Shown: positions 9,552-20,191, counted from the first letter of the stretch. The stretch: DNA of 64,000 bases from Spirochaetia bacterium (GCA_965243555.1 OZ251575.1:3685880-3749879); one strand, 5' to 3'. The notes: a model not told the origin generated them from the sequence alone. Made by a program: numbers and translations.

Positions 9552-12329
9552 ATGGCCCTCCTCAAACGAGTCGAGTTGCTCGGCTTCAAATCGTTTCCTG
9601 AGCGGACCATCGTAGACTTCTCTGCGGGCATCTCGGCCGTCGTCGGCCCCAACGGCGGCGGCAAGAGCAACGTCGTCGATGCCATACGCTGGGCACTCGG
9701 CGAGCAGAACCCGCGCGCCCTGCGCGCCGAGCGCATGGAAGACGTGATCTTCGGCGGTACCGAAGACCGCAGTCGCGTGGGAGTGGCAGAGGTCACGCTG
9801 GTACTGGAGAACGACGATCAGTCGTTGCCGATCGACGTCACCGAGGTCGAGCTGCGCCGCCGGCTGTACCGGTCGGGCGAGAGCGAGTACCTGGTGAACC
9901 GCCGGCCGGTGCGGCTGCGCGACCTGCGCGAGCTGTTTCTGGACACCGGGGTCGGCAAGAACGCCTACTCGGTGATGGAGCAGGGGCGGATTGATCTGCT
10001 GCTCGCGGCCAAGCCCGAGGAGCGGCGGCAGGTATTCGACGAGGCGGCCGGAATCGCGCGGTACGGCGCGCGCGGGGTGGAAGCGGAGCGCAAGCTGCAG
10101 CAGACCCGCCGCAACATGAACCAGATCGAAGCGATCATCGCCGAGATCAAGCGTTCCCGCGACCTCCTCGCCGATCAGGTGGAACGCGCCAACCAGTACC
10201 GCAGTCTGCAGGAGCGGGTGTTCGGCGCCGAGCGCGACCTGGAGCTGATTCGCCTGCGCGAGATGCAAGCGCGGCAGGCTGCCGTCCAACGCGACCTGGC
10301 GCAGGCGCAGGCGCGCCACGACGAGTTGCGCGCCAAGCGCAGCCGGGCGCTGCAGGCGGCGCAGCAGGGCGAGAGCAGCATCCGCAGCATGGAAGCGGAG
10401 GTGGTGGAGCTCAAGCGCCAGCTCTACGGCGTGGACATTACCCGCGGCAACACCCGGGAACGGATGGCCGCGAGCCGGGAGCGAATCGCGGAGAGCGAGC
10501 GCAGCATGGCCGGCTACCGCGACCGGGACCGCGCCGCGGCCGCCAAGGTCGCGGAGTTGGAACGCCTGCGGAGCGGCCGCCAGGAGGCGATGCAGGCCGC
10601 CGCGGCGCAACTTGCGAGCCTGCAGGAGGCGCATACCGAGGCCAACGCCGCGGTGGGCGAGGTGGAGCGGGAGATGCGCGCCAACGACGCCGCGGTGGCG
10701 CAGGCCGGCCGCACCGCGCGCGAGGGCGACCAGCGGCTGGAGGAGCTGCGCGCCCGCCTGCGGGAGATTACCGACGACATCGTTACCAGCCTCGATTCCC
10801 GGCTGCAGGCCTCGGGCTACTCCCCCGAAGCGCGCGCCGCCGCGGAACAGGAAATCGCGCGCCTGCTGCGGGAGTTGACCGCCACCTTGAACGCGGACTC
10901 CGAGGACGCCGCCCGGCGCTTGGCGGTGGCCCGCGGGCAGGTGACGGAACTGGAGGGGATGATCCGCTCGTACGGTCAACTCGCGTCGGCGTTCATAGAC
11001 GACTTCCTCTCGCCGCGCGGCATCGTCACCCAGAAGCGGCGCCTCGACGAGGAACTTGGCGCCACCGTGGTGCGCATTGGCGAGGCCCGCGAGCGCGCCG
11101 AAGCGGGACGCCGCGCCAATCGCGAGTTGACCGACCGGCGCGAACACCTGCGGCGGCGGATTCACGACCTGCAGGTGGAACGCGCGCGCAACCACGCGCG
11201 CAAGGACAATCTCGCCGCCGAGAGCGGGCGCATCGACGGCGAGATCGGCGAACAGCAGGCGCGCCGCCGCGAACTGGCCAACGACGAACGCGGCGCCGCC
11301 AAGGCGGTAGCGGCCATGACCGCGGCGCTCGCCGACCTGGAGGCGCGGCAGGCGCAGTTGGAGCAGCAGGAGCGCGCGCTGCGGGAGCGCGGCGCCGAGC
11401 TGGACGCCGCGCTGCAGGGCGAGAGCGGCAAGCAGGCCGCCTACCGCCGCACGGTGCGGCAGTTGGAGGAGAAGCTGGAACGCGCCGCCGAGGCCATTGG
11501 CCGCCAGCAGCTACGCGACACCGAGGTCGCCACCGAGATTCGGACCACCTTGCGCAACTTCCAAGAGACCCACGGCCAGGATCTGGCCCAGTACGAGTTG
11601 GACTTTAACCAGGCCGGGTCGCGCGGCGAGTTGCGCGCCGCGCTGGCGCGATTGCGCGAGCAGGTGCGCCGCATCGGGCACGTAAACCTGATGGCGCCCG
11701 AACAGTTTCGGGAAGTGGACGAGCGCTATCAGTTTCTGCGCGGCCAACTTCACGACCTGGAAACCGCCTCCCGCGACCTGGAGCAGGTGACCGAGCAGAT
11801 CCGCGCCGAGTCGAGCGCGCTGTTCCGCAAGTCGTTTCAAGAGATCCGGGATGCATTTCAGGCGATGTTCCGGCGCCTGTTCGGCGGCGGGCGCACCGAG
11901 TTGAAGCTCACCGACCCGGACGACGTGCTGGGGTCCGGCATCGAGTTCTACGCCCAGCCGCCCGGCAAGAAGCTGGAGAACATCGCCCTCCTGTCCGGCG
12001 GCGAACGCGCTTTGACCGCGGTGGCGCTGCTGTTCGCCCTCTACCGCGTGCGCCCCTCCCCGTTCTGCATTCTCGACGAGATCGACGCCGCGCTGGACGA
12101 CGAGAACGTGGGCCGGCTGGTGGAGCTGCTCACCGAGTTCAGCGCCCAAACGCAGTTCCTGGTAATCACCCACAACAAGCGCACCGCGGCCGGGGCCGCG
12201 AACCTGTACGGCATCACCATGGAGGAACAGGGCGTGTCACGCTTGGTCACGCTCCGGCTCCCGCCCGCCGAACGCCGCGCCGCCGCCGCCAACGCCCCCG
12301 CCGAACGCCAACTGGCCGCAACCACCTAA
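9552..12329 (+). CDS. smc: SMC-family chromosome segregation ATPase
   Basis: 925 aa. N-terminal 'FKSFPERT...VVGPNGGGKSNVVDAIRWALGE', long coiled coils, C-terminal 'LSGGERALTAVALLFA...DEIDAALD'. I did not spot a hinge. Confidence 0.8.
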   Translation: MALLKRVELLGFKSFPERTIVDFSAGISAVVGPNGGGKSNVVDAIRWALGEQNPRALRAERMEDVIFGGTEDRSRVGVAEVTLVLENDDQSLPIDVTEVELRRRLYRSGESEYLVNRRPVRLRDLRELFLDTGVGKNAYSVMEQGRIDLLLAAKPEERRQVFDEAAGIARYGARGVEAERKLQQTRRNMNQIEAIIAEIKRSRDLLADQVERANQYRSLQERVFGAERDLELIRLREMQARQAAVQRDLAQAQARHDELRAKRSRALQAAQQGESSIRSMEAEVVELKRQLYGVDITRGNTRERMAASRERIAESERSMAGYRDRDRAAAAKVAELERLRSGRQEAMQAAAAQLASLQEAHTEANAAVGEVEREMRANDAAVAQAGRTAREGDQRLEELRARLREITDDIVTSLDSRLQASGYSPEARAAAEQEIARLLRELTATLNADSEDAARRLAVARGQVTELEGMIRSYGQLASAFIDDFLSPRGIVTQKRRLDEELGATVVRIGEARERAEAGRRANRELTDRREHLRRRIHDLQVERARNHARKDNLAAESGRIDGEIGEQQARRRELANDERGAAKAVAAMTAALADLEARQAQLEQQERALRERGAELDAALQGESGKQAAYRRTVRQLEEKLERAAEAIGRQQLRDTEVATEIRTTLRNFQETHGQDLAQYELDFNQAGSRGELRAALARLREQVRRIGHVNLMAPEQFREVDERYQFLRGQLHDLETASRDLEQVTEQIRAESSALFRKSFQEIRDAFQAMFRRLFGGGRTELKLTDPDDVLGSGIEFYAQPPGKKLENIALLSGGERALTAVALLFALYRVRPSPFCILDEIDAALDDENVGRLVELLTEFSAQTQFLVITHNKRTAAGAANLYGITMEEQGVSRLVTLRLPPAERRAAAANAPAERQLAATT

Positions 12330-12381
12330 TGGTGAGGGCCGGCCTCGTGGGCCGGCCCTCCGAAGAGCTACGGAAGGGGTG

Positions 12382-14412
12382 TTACTCGCGGTCGAACCAG
12401 AGTTGGTCGGCCCAGTACATCAGGTTGCCCTTCCAGTCGGTGTTGGAGACCGGAAACTCGGTCGGGACGTTGCGCAGGTCCTTGCTGGAGAGCAGTACCG
12501 CCGGCGCCTCGCCCACCGTACCGATGGCAAACACGTTGTCGCCGGTCCAGTCGTACATGCGCTGGGCCAGCTCGACCCACTCCGCGGAACCGAACTCGGA
12601 GAGGCGGAACTGGCGCTGCCACTCGAAGTAGCGCTGCCATTCCTCCGGCGGTTCGGTGCCCGGCAAGTCGCCGCCGAAGTCCTCGATCCGGCGCTCGCCC
12701 TTCTCGACCTCCACCCGCGCGGTCTCCCAGATGTCGTAGCTGCCGGCCATGTTGAAGTCGCCGTGCAGGCCGACGCCGCCGGAACCGGGGCCGTCGTTGA
12801 TCCAGTTCCAGAACTCGGTGATGGCGTCGATGACGCCCGGCTGAATCATGAACTCGTCCTGATTCTGATTCTCGGTCCAGGCGGCGCTGTCCACCAGGCG
12901 CGGCTGCACGCGCAGATCGACCTCCGCCCACTGCGCGATCTCGACCTCGAACAGCTTGCTGACGTCCACCGAACCGCCGGTTTGGGCGGCGACCTGGATG
13001 GTCAGATTGGAACCGTCCGGGAAAGTGCGAAAGCCGTCGCGGTCGCGCCCGTCGAGCCCGATTTCGTCGAGCAGCCGGCCCGCCAGCTCGGGATCGTAGG
13101 TGGCCCACAGGGTCTGCCACTCCGGCCTGTAGAAGCGCGCCCCGGAGTGGATGGTGGCCGCGGTGGGGCGGCCCAGGCCCAGGAAGTACACCTCGTTCAA
13201 CTCGTCGCGGTCCAGCGCCACCGACATGGCGCGCCGGAAGCGCACGTCCCGGAACAGATCGCGGTACTTCTCATCCTTGTAGGTGGGGTTGAAGCCGAAG
13301 GCGCGGCCCACGTCGATGCCGGGAACCAGCGTGATATTGTAGTTGCCGCGGTCCTCGTTCTCCTTGTAGTCGGGCAGCGACGCGAAGTTGGTCTGCGCGA
13401 TGGCCCAGTCCACCTCGCCGGCGATCGCCTTGAGGTTGAACACCTCCACGTCGGCGTTGGGCGTGGACAGCACGCGGTCGATGTAGGGAAGCTGCTGCCC
13501 CGCCGGGTCGACCTTCCAGAAGTAGGGGTTGCGCTCCCACACCTCGGCCTGAGCGCTGATGTCGGTGGGAACCCACGGGAACATGGTCGGCGTCTCCAGC
13601 AGGCCCACGCCGACGACGATGTTCCAGTGCGCGAACAACGCGTCCGCCCAGGTGTCGAAGCCCTCTTCCTCGGCCAGCTTCTGCGCGTCCGCGTTGTAGC
13701 GGATGTGCCACTGCTTGAGGAACGTGCTCGGCGCGTACTGCACGTAGTTGCCGCCCTTCCAGGTGGTCCAGCCGGGGATGATGACGTGGTCCTGCGCGGC
13801 GAGATGGAACTGCATCGTGTAATCGTCGACCCTGCTGACCCTGGTGGCGGTGGGCGGCGTCTCGCCGGTACGCCAGCCCGCGTTGACGCGGTCATCCCAC
13901 TTCATGTCCTCCATCACGAACATTATGTCGGCGACGGTGAACGGGTCGCCGTTGGACCACCTGGTGCCGGGCCGCAGCTCCAGGGTGACGGTCAGGCCGT
14001 CCGCGGACACGTCGTAGCCCTTGGCGATGTTGGGCAGGATTTCGCGCGTCTCCTGGTGCATCTTGAGCAGGTAGATGTCCACCTCCTGGTTGGTCATCTC
14101 ATGGCCGCGCCGATTCATGGCACCGACCGCGTCCGACACCCGCAACGTGCCGCCGTACTTGCCGACGCCGTCGCCAAGCATCTCCTGCACCACCGGCTCG
14201 ACGGCGATGCGTTCCTCCACCGGCGGCAGCTCGCCGGCCGCAACCATCGCCGCCAGCATCGGCGCCTCGCTGAACTGACCGCTCATCGCGGTCATGGCCG
14301 CGGCGGCGCTGCTGCCCTGTTCCTCGGTTTCGCCGCCCGCAAGAACCAGGACCGGCGCGCCCAGCGCCATACCCAGCGCCAGCGCTCGTTTCACGATATG
14401 CATCGCTTGCAT
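12382..14412 (-). CDS. ABC transporter substrate-binding protein, family 5 (peptide/oligosaccharide)
   Basis: 676 aa with an N-terminal signal peptide. Size and composition are typical of SBP_bac_5 proteins, Trp-rich C-terminal half included. Confidence 0.75.
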   Translation of the reverse strand: MQAMHIVKRALALGMALGAPVLVLAGGETEEQGSSAAAAMTAMSGQFSEAPMLAAMVAAGELPPVEERIAVEPVVQEMLGDGVGKYGGTLRVSDAVGAMNRRGHEMTNQEVDIYLLKMHQETREILPNIAKGYDVSADGLTVTLELRPGTRWSNGDPFTVADIMFVMEDMKWDDRVNAGWRTGETPPTATRVSRVDDYTMQFHLAAQDHVIIPGWTTWKGGNYVQYAPSTFLKQWHIRYNADAQKLAEEEGFDTWADALFAHWNIVVGVGLLETPTMFPWVPTDISAQAEVWERNPYFWKVDPAGQQLPYIDRVLSTPNADVEVFNLKAIAGEVDWAIAQTNFASLPDYKENEDRGNYNITLVPGIDVGRAFGFNPTYKDEKYRDLFRDVRFRRAMSVALDRDELNEVYFLGLGRPTAATIHSGARFYRPEWQTLWATYDPELAGRLLDEIGLDGRDRDGFRTFPDGSNLTIQVAAQTGGSVDVSKLFEVEIAQWAEVDLRVQPRLVDSAAWTENQNQDEFMIQPGVIDAITEFWNWINDGPGSGGVGLHGDFNMAGSYDIWETARVEVEKGERRIEDFGGDLPGTEPPEEWQRYFEWQRQFRLSEFGSAEWVELAQRMYDWTGDNVFAIGTVGEAPAVLLSSKDLRNVPTEFPVSNTDWKGNLMYWADQLWFDRE

Positions 14413-14668
14413 CGCTTCTCGTCTCCTTCTGTGTGGTCTCCGCCGCCCCCGCCCGCTGCACTGTCATCGGGAGAGGGTGACAGGCTACGATACCGATGGT
14501 TTGGAGATACGGTCAACCTTGCCTCGCTTTCGCTTTCCCAAGTGCTCGCCTTCGCGTGAGACCGCCGGCGGCAGGGGCCGGCACGGCGGCCGCGGAACGG
14601 GCGGTGCGCGGCCCGGCTTGCGCCGGCGCGCGGGCGCCGCGGGGGCGCTGCCGGGACTGGCGCGCGCC

Positions 14669-16336
14669 GTGCTGTGCGGCGCGGTGTCGCTGGGCGCCGC
14701 GGCGTGCGCGTCCCTGGGGCAGGAGTCCGCGCAGGAGCCGGCGCCCGGCGGCGCACCGGTCACGGTGACCGCGGTGCCGCTGGCGGCCGGGCAGTGCGGC
14801 GGCGGCTTCGCCGCCCACGACCTGCCGCACGAAATCGAGGTCGCCTCGCCGCGGGTGTTCAACTACGACTCGCTGGGCGCCGGACTGGCCGCCGGCGACC
14901 TGGACAACGACGGCGACGTCGATCTGGTGCTCGCCAACCTGGACGGCCCCACGGCGCTGCTGTGGAACGAGACCGAGCCGGGGGGGGGGCTGCGCTTTCG
15001 GCGCCGCGACCTGACCGGCGCCGAATCCAGCCGGCCCACCAGCGCCGTGCTGGCGGTCGACGCCACCGCCGACGGCTGGCTGGACCTGGCCTTTACCCAC
15101 ACCCGCCGCCCGCCCACGCTGTGGCGTAACGACCCGCTGCCCGGCGGCGCCGGGCGCACCTTCGTCCGCGACCCCGACTTTGCCGCCGGCTACTTTGCCC
15201 ACGTGATGGATTGGGCCGACCTGGACGCCGACGGCGACCTGGACATCGTCACCGCCACCTACGACTACCTGCTGGCCAAGGAGTTCGGCGGCTTTATCCC
15301 CGGCGGCGGGGTGGCCTACTACGAGAACCGCGGCCGCGGCCTGCTGCCGGCGCTGCTCACCTCCGGCGCCGACGCGCTGGCGGTGCTGGTGGAGGACCTG
15401 GACGGGGACGGCCGCCGGGAGATCATCGTCGGCAACGACTACGCGCGGCCCGACTACGTCTTTACCCGCGCCGGCGGCGCGGCGCCGCCCGGCTGGGCGC
15501 AGGTATCGCCGCTTGCCGCCACCCCCACCAACACCATGAGCTACGACGCCGGCGACGTCGACAACGACGGCCGCCTGGAGCTGTTCGCGGCCGACATGAA
15601 GCCGTACCGCGACGACGCGGAGACGCGCACGGCGTGGCGCGACCTCGCCGGCGGGGTGCCGCCGGACGACGTGCAGACCGACGCCAACGTGCTGCTGGCG
15701 GCGGCCGGCGACGGCAGCTACCGGGACCGCGCCCCGGCGGCGGGGGTGGATGCAACCGGCTGGAGCTGGTCGGCCAAGTTCGGCGACCTGGACCAGGACG
15801 GCTCCCTGGATCTGTACGTGGTCAACGGGGTTATCACGGTGGAGGTGTTCGCCCACCTGCCGGGCGACGAGCTGGTGGAGGAGAACCAGGCGCTGCGCGG
15901 CGACGGTCGCGGCGGCTTTGACGCGGCACCGCAGTGGGGCCTGGGCAGCACCCGTAGCGGGCGCGGCATGAGCATGGCCGACCTGGACGGCGACGGCGAC
16001 CTGGACGTCGTGGTGAGCAACCTGCGCGCGCCGTCGCAGGTGTTCGAGAACCGGCTGTGCGGCGGCGGCGCGCTGCTGATCGACCTGCGCCTGCCGGATA
16101 CGGCCAACACCCACGCCATCGGCGCCCGCGCGGTGCTGGAGAGCGCGGCGGGGGTGCGGCAGACGCGGGTGGTGCGGGCGCAGAGCGGCTATCTTTCGGG
16201 GGACACCAGCCGCCTGCACTTTGCAGCGCCGGCCGGCGATGCCCCGGCGCGCCTGGAGATTACCTGGCCGGACGGCGCGCGCTCGGCGGTGACGGAACTG
16301 GCGGCCGGGACGCGGCTCACCGTGACCCGCCGGTGA
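14669..16336 (+). CDS. CRTAC1-family protein (FG-GAP/VCBS repeats plus ASPIC/UnbV domain)
   Basis: Repeated 'GDLDNDGDxDLV' FG-GAP calcium-binding loops and a C-terminal 'ENRLCGG..LLIDLR' ASPIC/UnbV region. The start is uncertain because no in-frame ATG exists; a GTG at 14669 precedes the 'LGAAAC' lipobox-like motif. Confidence 0.65.
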   Translation: MLCGAVSLGAAACASLGQESAQEPAPGGAPVTVTAVPLAAGQCGGGFAAHDLPHEIEVASPRVFNYDSLGAGLAAGDLDNDGDVDLVLANLDGPTALLWNETEPGGGLRFRRRDLTGAESSRPTSAVLAVDATADGWLDLAFTHTRRPPTLWRNDPLPGGAGRTFVRDPDFAAGYFAHVMDWADLDADGDLDIVTATYDYLLAKEFGGFIPGGGVAYYENRGRGLLPALLTSGADALAVLVEDLDGDGRREIIVGNDYARPDYVFTRAGGAAPPGWAQVSPLAATPTNTMSYDAGDVDNDGRLELFAADMKPYRDDAETRTAWRDLAGGVPPDDVQTDANVLLAAAGDGSYRDRAPAAGVDATGWSWSAKFGDLDQDGSLDLYVVNGVITVEVFAHLPGDELVEENQALRGDGRGGFDAAPQWGLGSTRSGRGMSMADLDGDGDLDVVVSNLRAPSQVFENRLCGGGALLIDLRLPDTANTHAIGARAVLESAAGVRQTRVVRAQSGYLSGDTSRLHFAAPAGDAPARLEITWPDGARSAVTELAAGTRLTVTRR

Positions 16337-16557
16337 GGAGCGCGGCGCCGGCGGTGCCGGGGCGCCCGGGCCGCCGGAGGCCCCTGGGCGCCACGGCCTG
16401 CCGCGCTCGGGTTGTGGCCACCCCGGGTTACCGCCGCCGCGCGCGGGCGCCGGCGGCCCACGTATCTGCGGTCACCGCAGGGTCAGCCGGTCACCCCCGT
16501 GCGCGGGCTGCGGCGGAGGCGGTCCGGGGGGCGGCTGCGGCGCTGCTGCCGGCGCTG

Positions 16558-18216
16558 ATGGCGGCCTGCGCGTCGCACGCGCCGGGGCCGGACTCGGCGG
16601 ACGCGGTGCACCCGGCCCCGCCCTACGCGGTGACGCCGCTAACGGAGCCCGCGGCCTGCAACGGCGGCTTCACGGCCCGCGACCTCGACCACCGCATCCA
16701 GTGGCTCGGCGGCCGCATCACCAACTTCGACACCATCGGTTCGGGGCTCGCGGTCGGCGACCTGGACAACGACGGCGACCTCGACTTGGTGCTGGCTAAC
16801 CTCGCGCGCCCGAGTACCGTGTACCGGAACGACGGCGGGCTGCGCTTCCGCGCCGAGCCGCTGGCCACCGGCGCCGCGCGCGGCGTGAACGCCATCGACT
16901 TCGACGGCGACGGCTGGCTCGACCTGGCATTCACCCATCCCGCGGCGCCGCCCTCGTTGTGGCTGCAGCAGAGCCGCGCCGCGGCGGCGGGCGGCACCGC
17001 CCACGACCGGTTCCAGCGCGTGGCGCGCCTGGGCGCCGGCTACGTGGCCAACGCGATGGCCTGGGCCGACCTGGATGGCGACGGCGACCTGGATCTGGTC
17101 ACCGGTAGCTACAACAGCGAGCTGGTCCCCGCCGGCGGCGGCTTTGCCATCGGCGGCGGCGTGGCCTACTACGAAAACCGGGGCGAACGCCTCGTCCTGA
17201 CCGTGCTGGCGCCTACCGCCGAGGCGCTGGCGGTGCTGCTCACCGACCTCGACGGCGACGCCCGGCTCGACCTCGTGGTAGGCAACGACTACGACCATCC
17301 CGACCAGGTTTTTCTGCGCGACCCCGGCGCCGAACGCGGCTGGCGCGCGGCGCCGCTGTTCCGGGCCACCGCCACCAACACCATGAGCTACGACGCCGGC
17401 GACGTCGACAACGACGGCCGCGCCGAGCTGTTCGCCGCGGACATGAAGCCCTACCGGCGCGACCCGGCGGTGACCTACGCCTGGGAACGCATCACCATCC
17501 TGCCGCCGCCCGACGACGTGCAGGCCAATGAAAACGTGCTGCTGCTGGCGGGCGGCGGGAGCGGCGGAGGCGGCGCGGAGGGCTACGGCAACGCCGCCCC
17601 CGAGCGCGGGGTGGACGCCACCGGCTGGACCTGGTCGGCCAAGTTCGGCGATCTCGACAGCGACGGGTATCTGGATCTGTACGCGGTCAACGGGATGATC
17701 GACTCGCTGGTGTTCGGCCACCTGCCCGGCGACGAGCTGGTGGAGGAAAACCAGGCGCTACGCAACCGCGGCGACGGCACCTTCGCGCCGGCGACGCATT
17801 GGGGGCTGGGCAGCCGCCGTAGCGGGCGCGGCATGAGCATGGCCGACCTGGACGGCGACGGCGACCTGGACGTGGTGGTGAGCAACATGCGCGAGCCGTC
17901 GCAGGTGTTCGAGAATCGTATCTGCGGCGGTTCCAACCTGTTGATCGATCTCCGCCAGCCCCGCACCCGCAACACCCACGCCATCGGTGCGCAGGTAAGG
18001 TTGACCGGCGAGCACGCCGGCGGCGCGCCGCTCCGCCTGCTGCGGGAAGTGCGCTCGCAGAGCGGCTACCTGTCCGGCGACCCCAGCCGCCTGCACTTCG
18101 GCATCCCGCGCGGCGCAGTTCTGCATCACCTGCAGATTCGCTGGCCCGACGGCACGCGCTCCACCATCCCCAACCCCGCCGCCGGCACCCTGATCAGCGT
18201 CACCCACCCCTCCTGA
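16558..18216 (+). CDS. CRTAC1-family protein, tandem paralog
   Basis: Same architecture as the upstream gene, about 60% identical by eye ('VGDLDNDGDLDLVLANL', 'ENRICGG..LLIDLR'). The ATG at 16558 lies inside 'LMAAC'; the true start may be an upstream non-ATG codon. Confidence 0.7.
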   Translation: MAACASHAPGPDSADAVHPAPPYAVTPLTEPAACNGGFTARDLDHRIQWLGGRITNFDTIGSGLAVGDLDNDGDLDLVLANLARPSTVYRNDGGLRFRAEPLATGAARGVNAIDFDGDGWLDLAFTHPAAPPSLWLQQSRAAAAGGTAHDRFQRVARLGAGYVANAMAWADLDGDGDLDLVTGSYNSELVPAGGGFAIGGGVAYYENRGERLVLTVLAPTAEALAVLLTDLDGDARLDLVVGNDYDHPDQVFLRDPGAERGWRAAPLFRATATNTMSYDAGDVDNDGRAELFAADMKPYRRDPAVTYAWERITILPPPDDVQANENVLLLAGGGSGGGGAEGYGNAAPERGVDATGWTWSAKFGDLDSDGYLDLYAVNGMIDSLVFGHLPGDELVEENQALRNRGDGTFAPATHWGLGSRRSGRGMSMADLDGDGDLDVVVSNMREPSQVFENRICGGSNLLIDLRQPRTRNTHAIGAQVRLTGEHAGGAPLRLLREVRSQSGYLSGDPSRLHFGIPRGAVLHHLQIRWPDGTRSTIPNPAAGTLISVTHPS

Positions 18217-18264
18217 GCGCGAGCTTCACCCGCGGCCCAGCAACGTAACGGCGCTGAGAGCGCG

Positions 18265-19110
18265 TTGATTGACGGGCCGCTGCAACGCATGGATACTACC
18301 CACCGCAGGATGGCAGAACCGTATCAGCCGCCGCGCGACATCTGGGAGGTCAATCAGAGCGTACAGCTCGATGAGCACCTCGAAGCGGGGGATCCGCGCT
18401 GGGTGGACACCGAAGCGGCTCGCGGTGAGTACAGCCGGACCCGGTTCTGTAGGACGCTGGGCGTGGACCGCGCCAAGAGACGATTGGTCGCACCCGACCG
18501 CGGCTACTACCTGTTCTGCGGGCACCGCGGGTGCGGAAAGAGTACCGAGCTTCGCCGTATTGCCCGTGAGCTCCACCACGACGATCTCTACTACGTCCAC
18601 GGTGTCGAAGCGTATACCACGATGCGCGACATGCTGCATCGCCGCGCCGCATCCGAACTGTTCAACGAGGGAGTCGCCGACTACCTGATCGAGCACAGCG
18701 GAGGCCATCCGCGATCCCTGTTGCGGCTCCTGTTGAACGCGTTCGAGTACGCCGAGCATGATCGATTCGACGATCCATCGGCGCACCGGGCGGTACGCAA
18801 GATGGCGGTGGACTACCGGCGTATCCTGAGATCGGACGACTACCGCCTACTGGCGACGATCGACGCAGGCCAGTTTCCGGTGTCAGACTCCGGGCGCTTA
18901 AGCAATCTGCTCGACAACTTGGCCCTGCTGGAGTACGAATCTTCCTGGCGCAGCCACCCGGCCATTCGTACCACGCCGGAATACCAGGCCGCTCGCCAAG
19001 AAGTCACTGCCTCAGTCGCGCCGGCCGTCGCGAACGCCAGCTTGCAGCATTCTGCGCCAGCATGTGGTACATTGCGCTCGGCGACCGAGTCGCGGTCCGC
19101 ACGGGGTTGA
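18265..19110 (+). CDS. P-loop NTPase domain protein (hypothetical)
   Basis: 281 aa with Walker A 'CGHRGCGKSTEL'. Lower-GC region. The stop lies 4 nt before the next gene's ATG, so the two are translationally coupled. Confidence 0.45.
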   Translation: MIDGPLQRMDTTHRRMAEPYQPPRDIWEVNQSVQLDEHLEAGDPRWVDTEAARGEYSRTRFCRTLGVDRAKRRLVAPDRGYYLFCGHRGCGKSTELRRIARELHHDDLYYVHGVEAYTTMRDMLHRRAASELFNEGVADYLIEHSGGHPRSLLRLLLNAFEYAEHDRFDDPSAHRAVRKMAVDYRRILRSDDYRLLATIDAGQFPVSDSGRLSNLLDNLALLEYESSWRSHPAIRTTPEYQAARQEVTASVAPAVANASLQHSAPACGTLRSATESRSARG

Positions 19111-19114
19111 GCCG

Positions 19115-20191
19115 ATGTCAATCAATGGTCACCTACATCTTCCACAGCTAGCGATAGGCGGGTTTCGTGGTATCGACAATCTCGTTGTGCCCCGGTTGGG
19201 CCGAGTGACCCTGCTTGCCGGAAAAAACAGCGTGGGTAAGACGACCGTGCTGGACGCCGTGCGCCTGTATGCATCTCGGGGCCGGTACTCTACTCTGCAC
19301 GAACTCTTGAGGGATCGACACGAAGTCACCGAAACGGTCGACGAAGACGGCGACCGCGCTAATGAACTCGACTGGCGGGCGCTGTTTCATGGCCGAAGTC
19401 CGGGAGAGTTTGTGAGCATAATCGTTGGCCCGGACCACGCCGATCAGCTTGAGCTCCAATTGGTTGATGAGCCCCAGCAGGATATGTTTTCGGACGCTAT
19501 GACTTCTCAGCATCTCAAAGTTGTTTTCCGGGATCGAGAGTATTTGTTGGATCTCTCTCCAAGAAGACCTTACTTGTACCATCGCAGGCGTCCGTTAGGC
19601 AACGGGGATGAGCCGTCCCCCGCTCTGACTTGTGAGTACCTCGGACCAGGGATGTTGAACGAACGCCAAACGTCACGCCTTTGGGATCAGGTGGCGTTGA
19701 CCGACGATGAATCCCGGGTACTGGACGCCCTCAATTTGGTGATGAACGGTGAGGTATCCCGCGTCTCCATAGTTGGAGAAGGCAGAGAGGTGACCCGCCG
19801 ACCGCTTGTCAGGTTGAAGAGTCAGTCTCGGCCGGTTCCGCTAAGGAGTCTTGGTGATGGCGCGGTGAGGCTGTTCGGCATCGCATTGGCATTGGCCAAT
19901 AGCAGCGGAGGCTTTCTGCTCATCGACGAGGCGGAGAATGGGATCCACCATACGGTGCAGCGCGATCTCTGGAGCATGATTCTTCGGACGGCGCACGAGC
20001 ATGACATTCAAGTACTCGGCACAACGCATAGCTGGGACTGCGTGCGGGGGTTTGCTCGGGCCGCAACGGAGTTCGAGCATGGGGAGGGCGTTCTGATTCG
20101 TCTCGACAGGGATGCCGGCGAGTTGCAGGCCATTGACTATTCGGAGGATGATCTCAGGACAGCCGCAGAGCAGGGCGTCGAGGTAAGGTAG
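19115..20191 (+). CDS. AAA_21/AAA_15-type (OLD/ABC-like) ATPase typical of phage-defence ATPase components
   Basis: 358 aa. Walker A 'LLAGKNSVGKTTVLDAV', Walker B 'FLLIDEAENGIHHTVQRDLW' and a 'GTTHS' H-loop. The architecture resembles AriA, PtuA or GajA N-terminal ATPases. Confidence 0.7.
   Translation: MSINGHLHLPQLAIGGFRGIDNLVVPRLGRVTLLAGKNSVGKTTVLDAVRLYASRGRYSTLHELLRDRHEVTETVDEDGDRANELDWRALFHGRSPGEFVSIIVGPDHADQLELQLVDEPQQDMFSDAMTSQHLKVVFRDREYLLDLSPRRPYLYHRRRPLGNGDEPSPALTCEYLGPGMLNERQTSRLWDQVALTDDESRVLDALNLVMNGEVSRVSIVGEGREVTRRPLVRLKSQSRPVPLRSLGDGAVRLFGIALALANSSGGFLLIDEAENGIHHTVQRDLWSMILRTAHEHDIQVLGTTHSWDCVRGFARAATEFEHGEGVLIRLDRDAGELQAIDYSEDDLRTAAEQGVEVR

Noticed and set aside
18226-18786. 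186-aa minus-strand ORF overlapping the P-loop protein gene
   Set aside because: It is antisense to an ORF with a Walker A motif and operon coupling to the AAA_21 ATPase, and has no motifs of its own.
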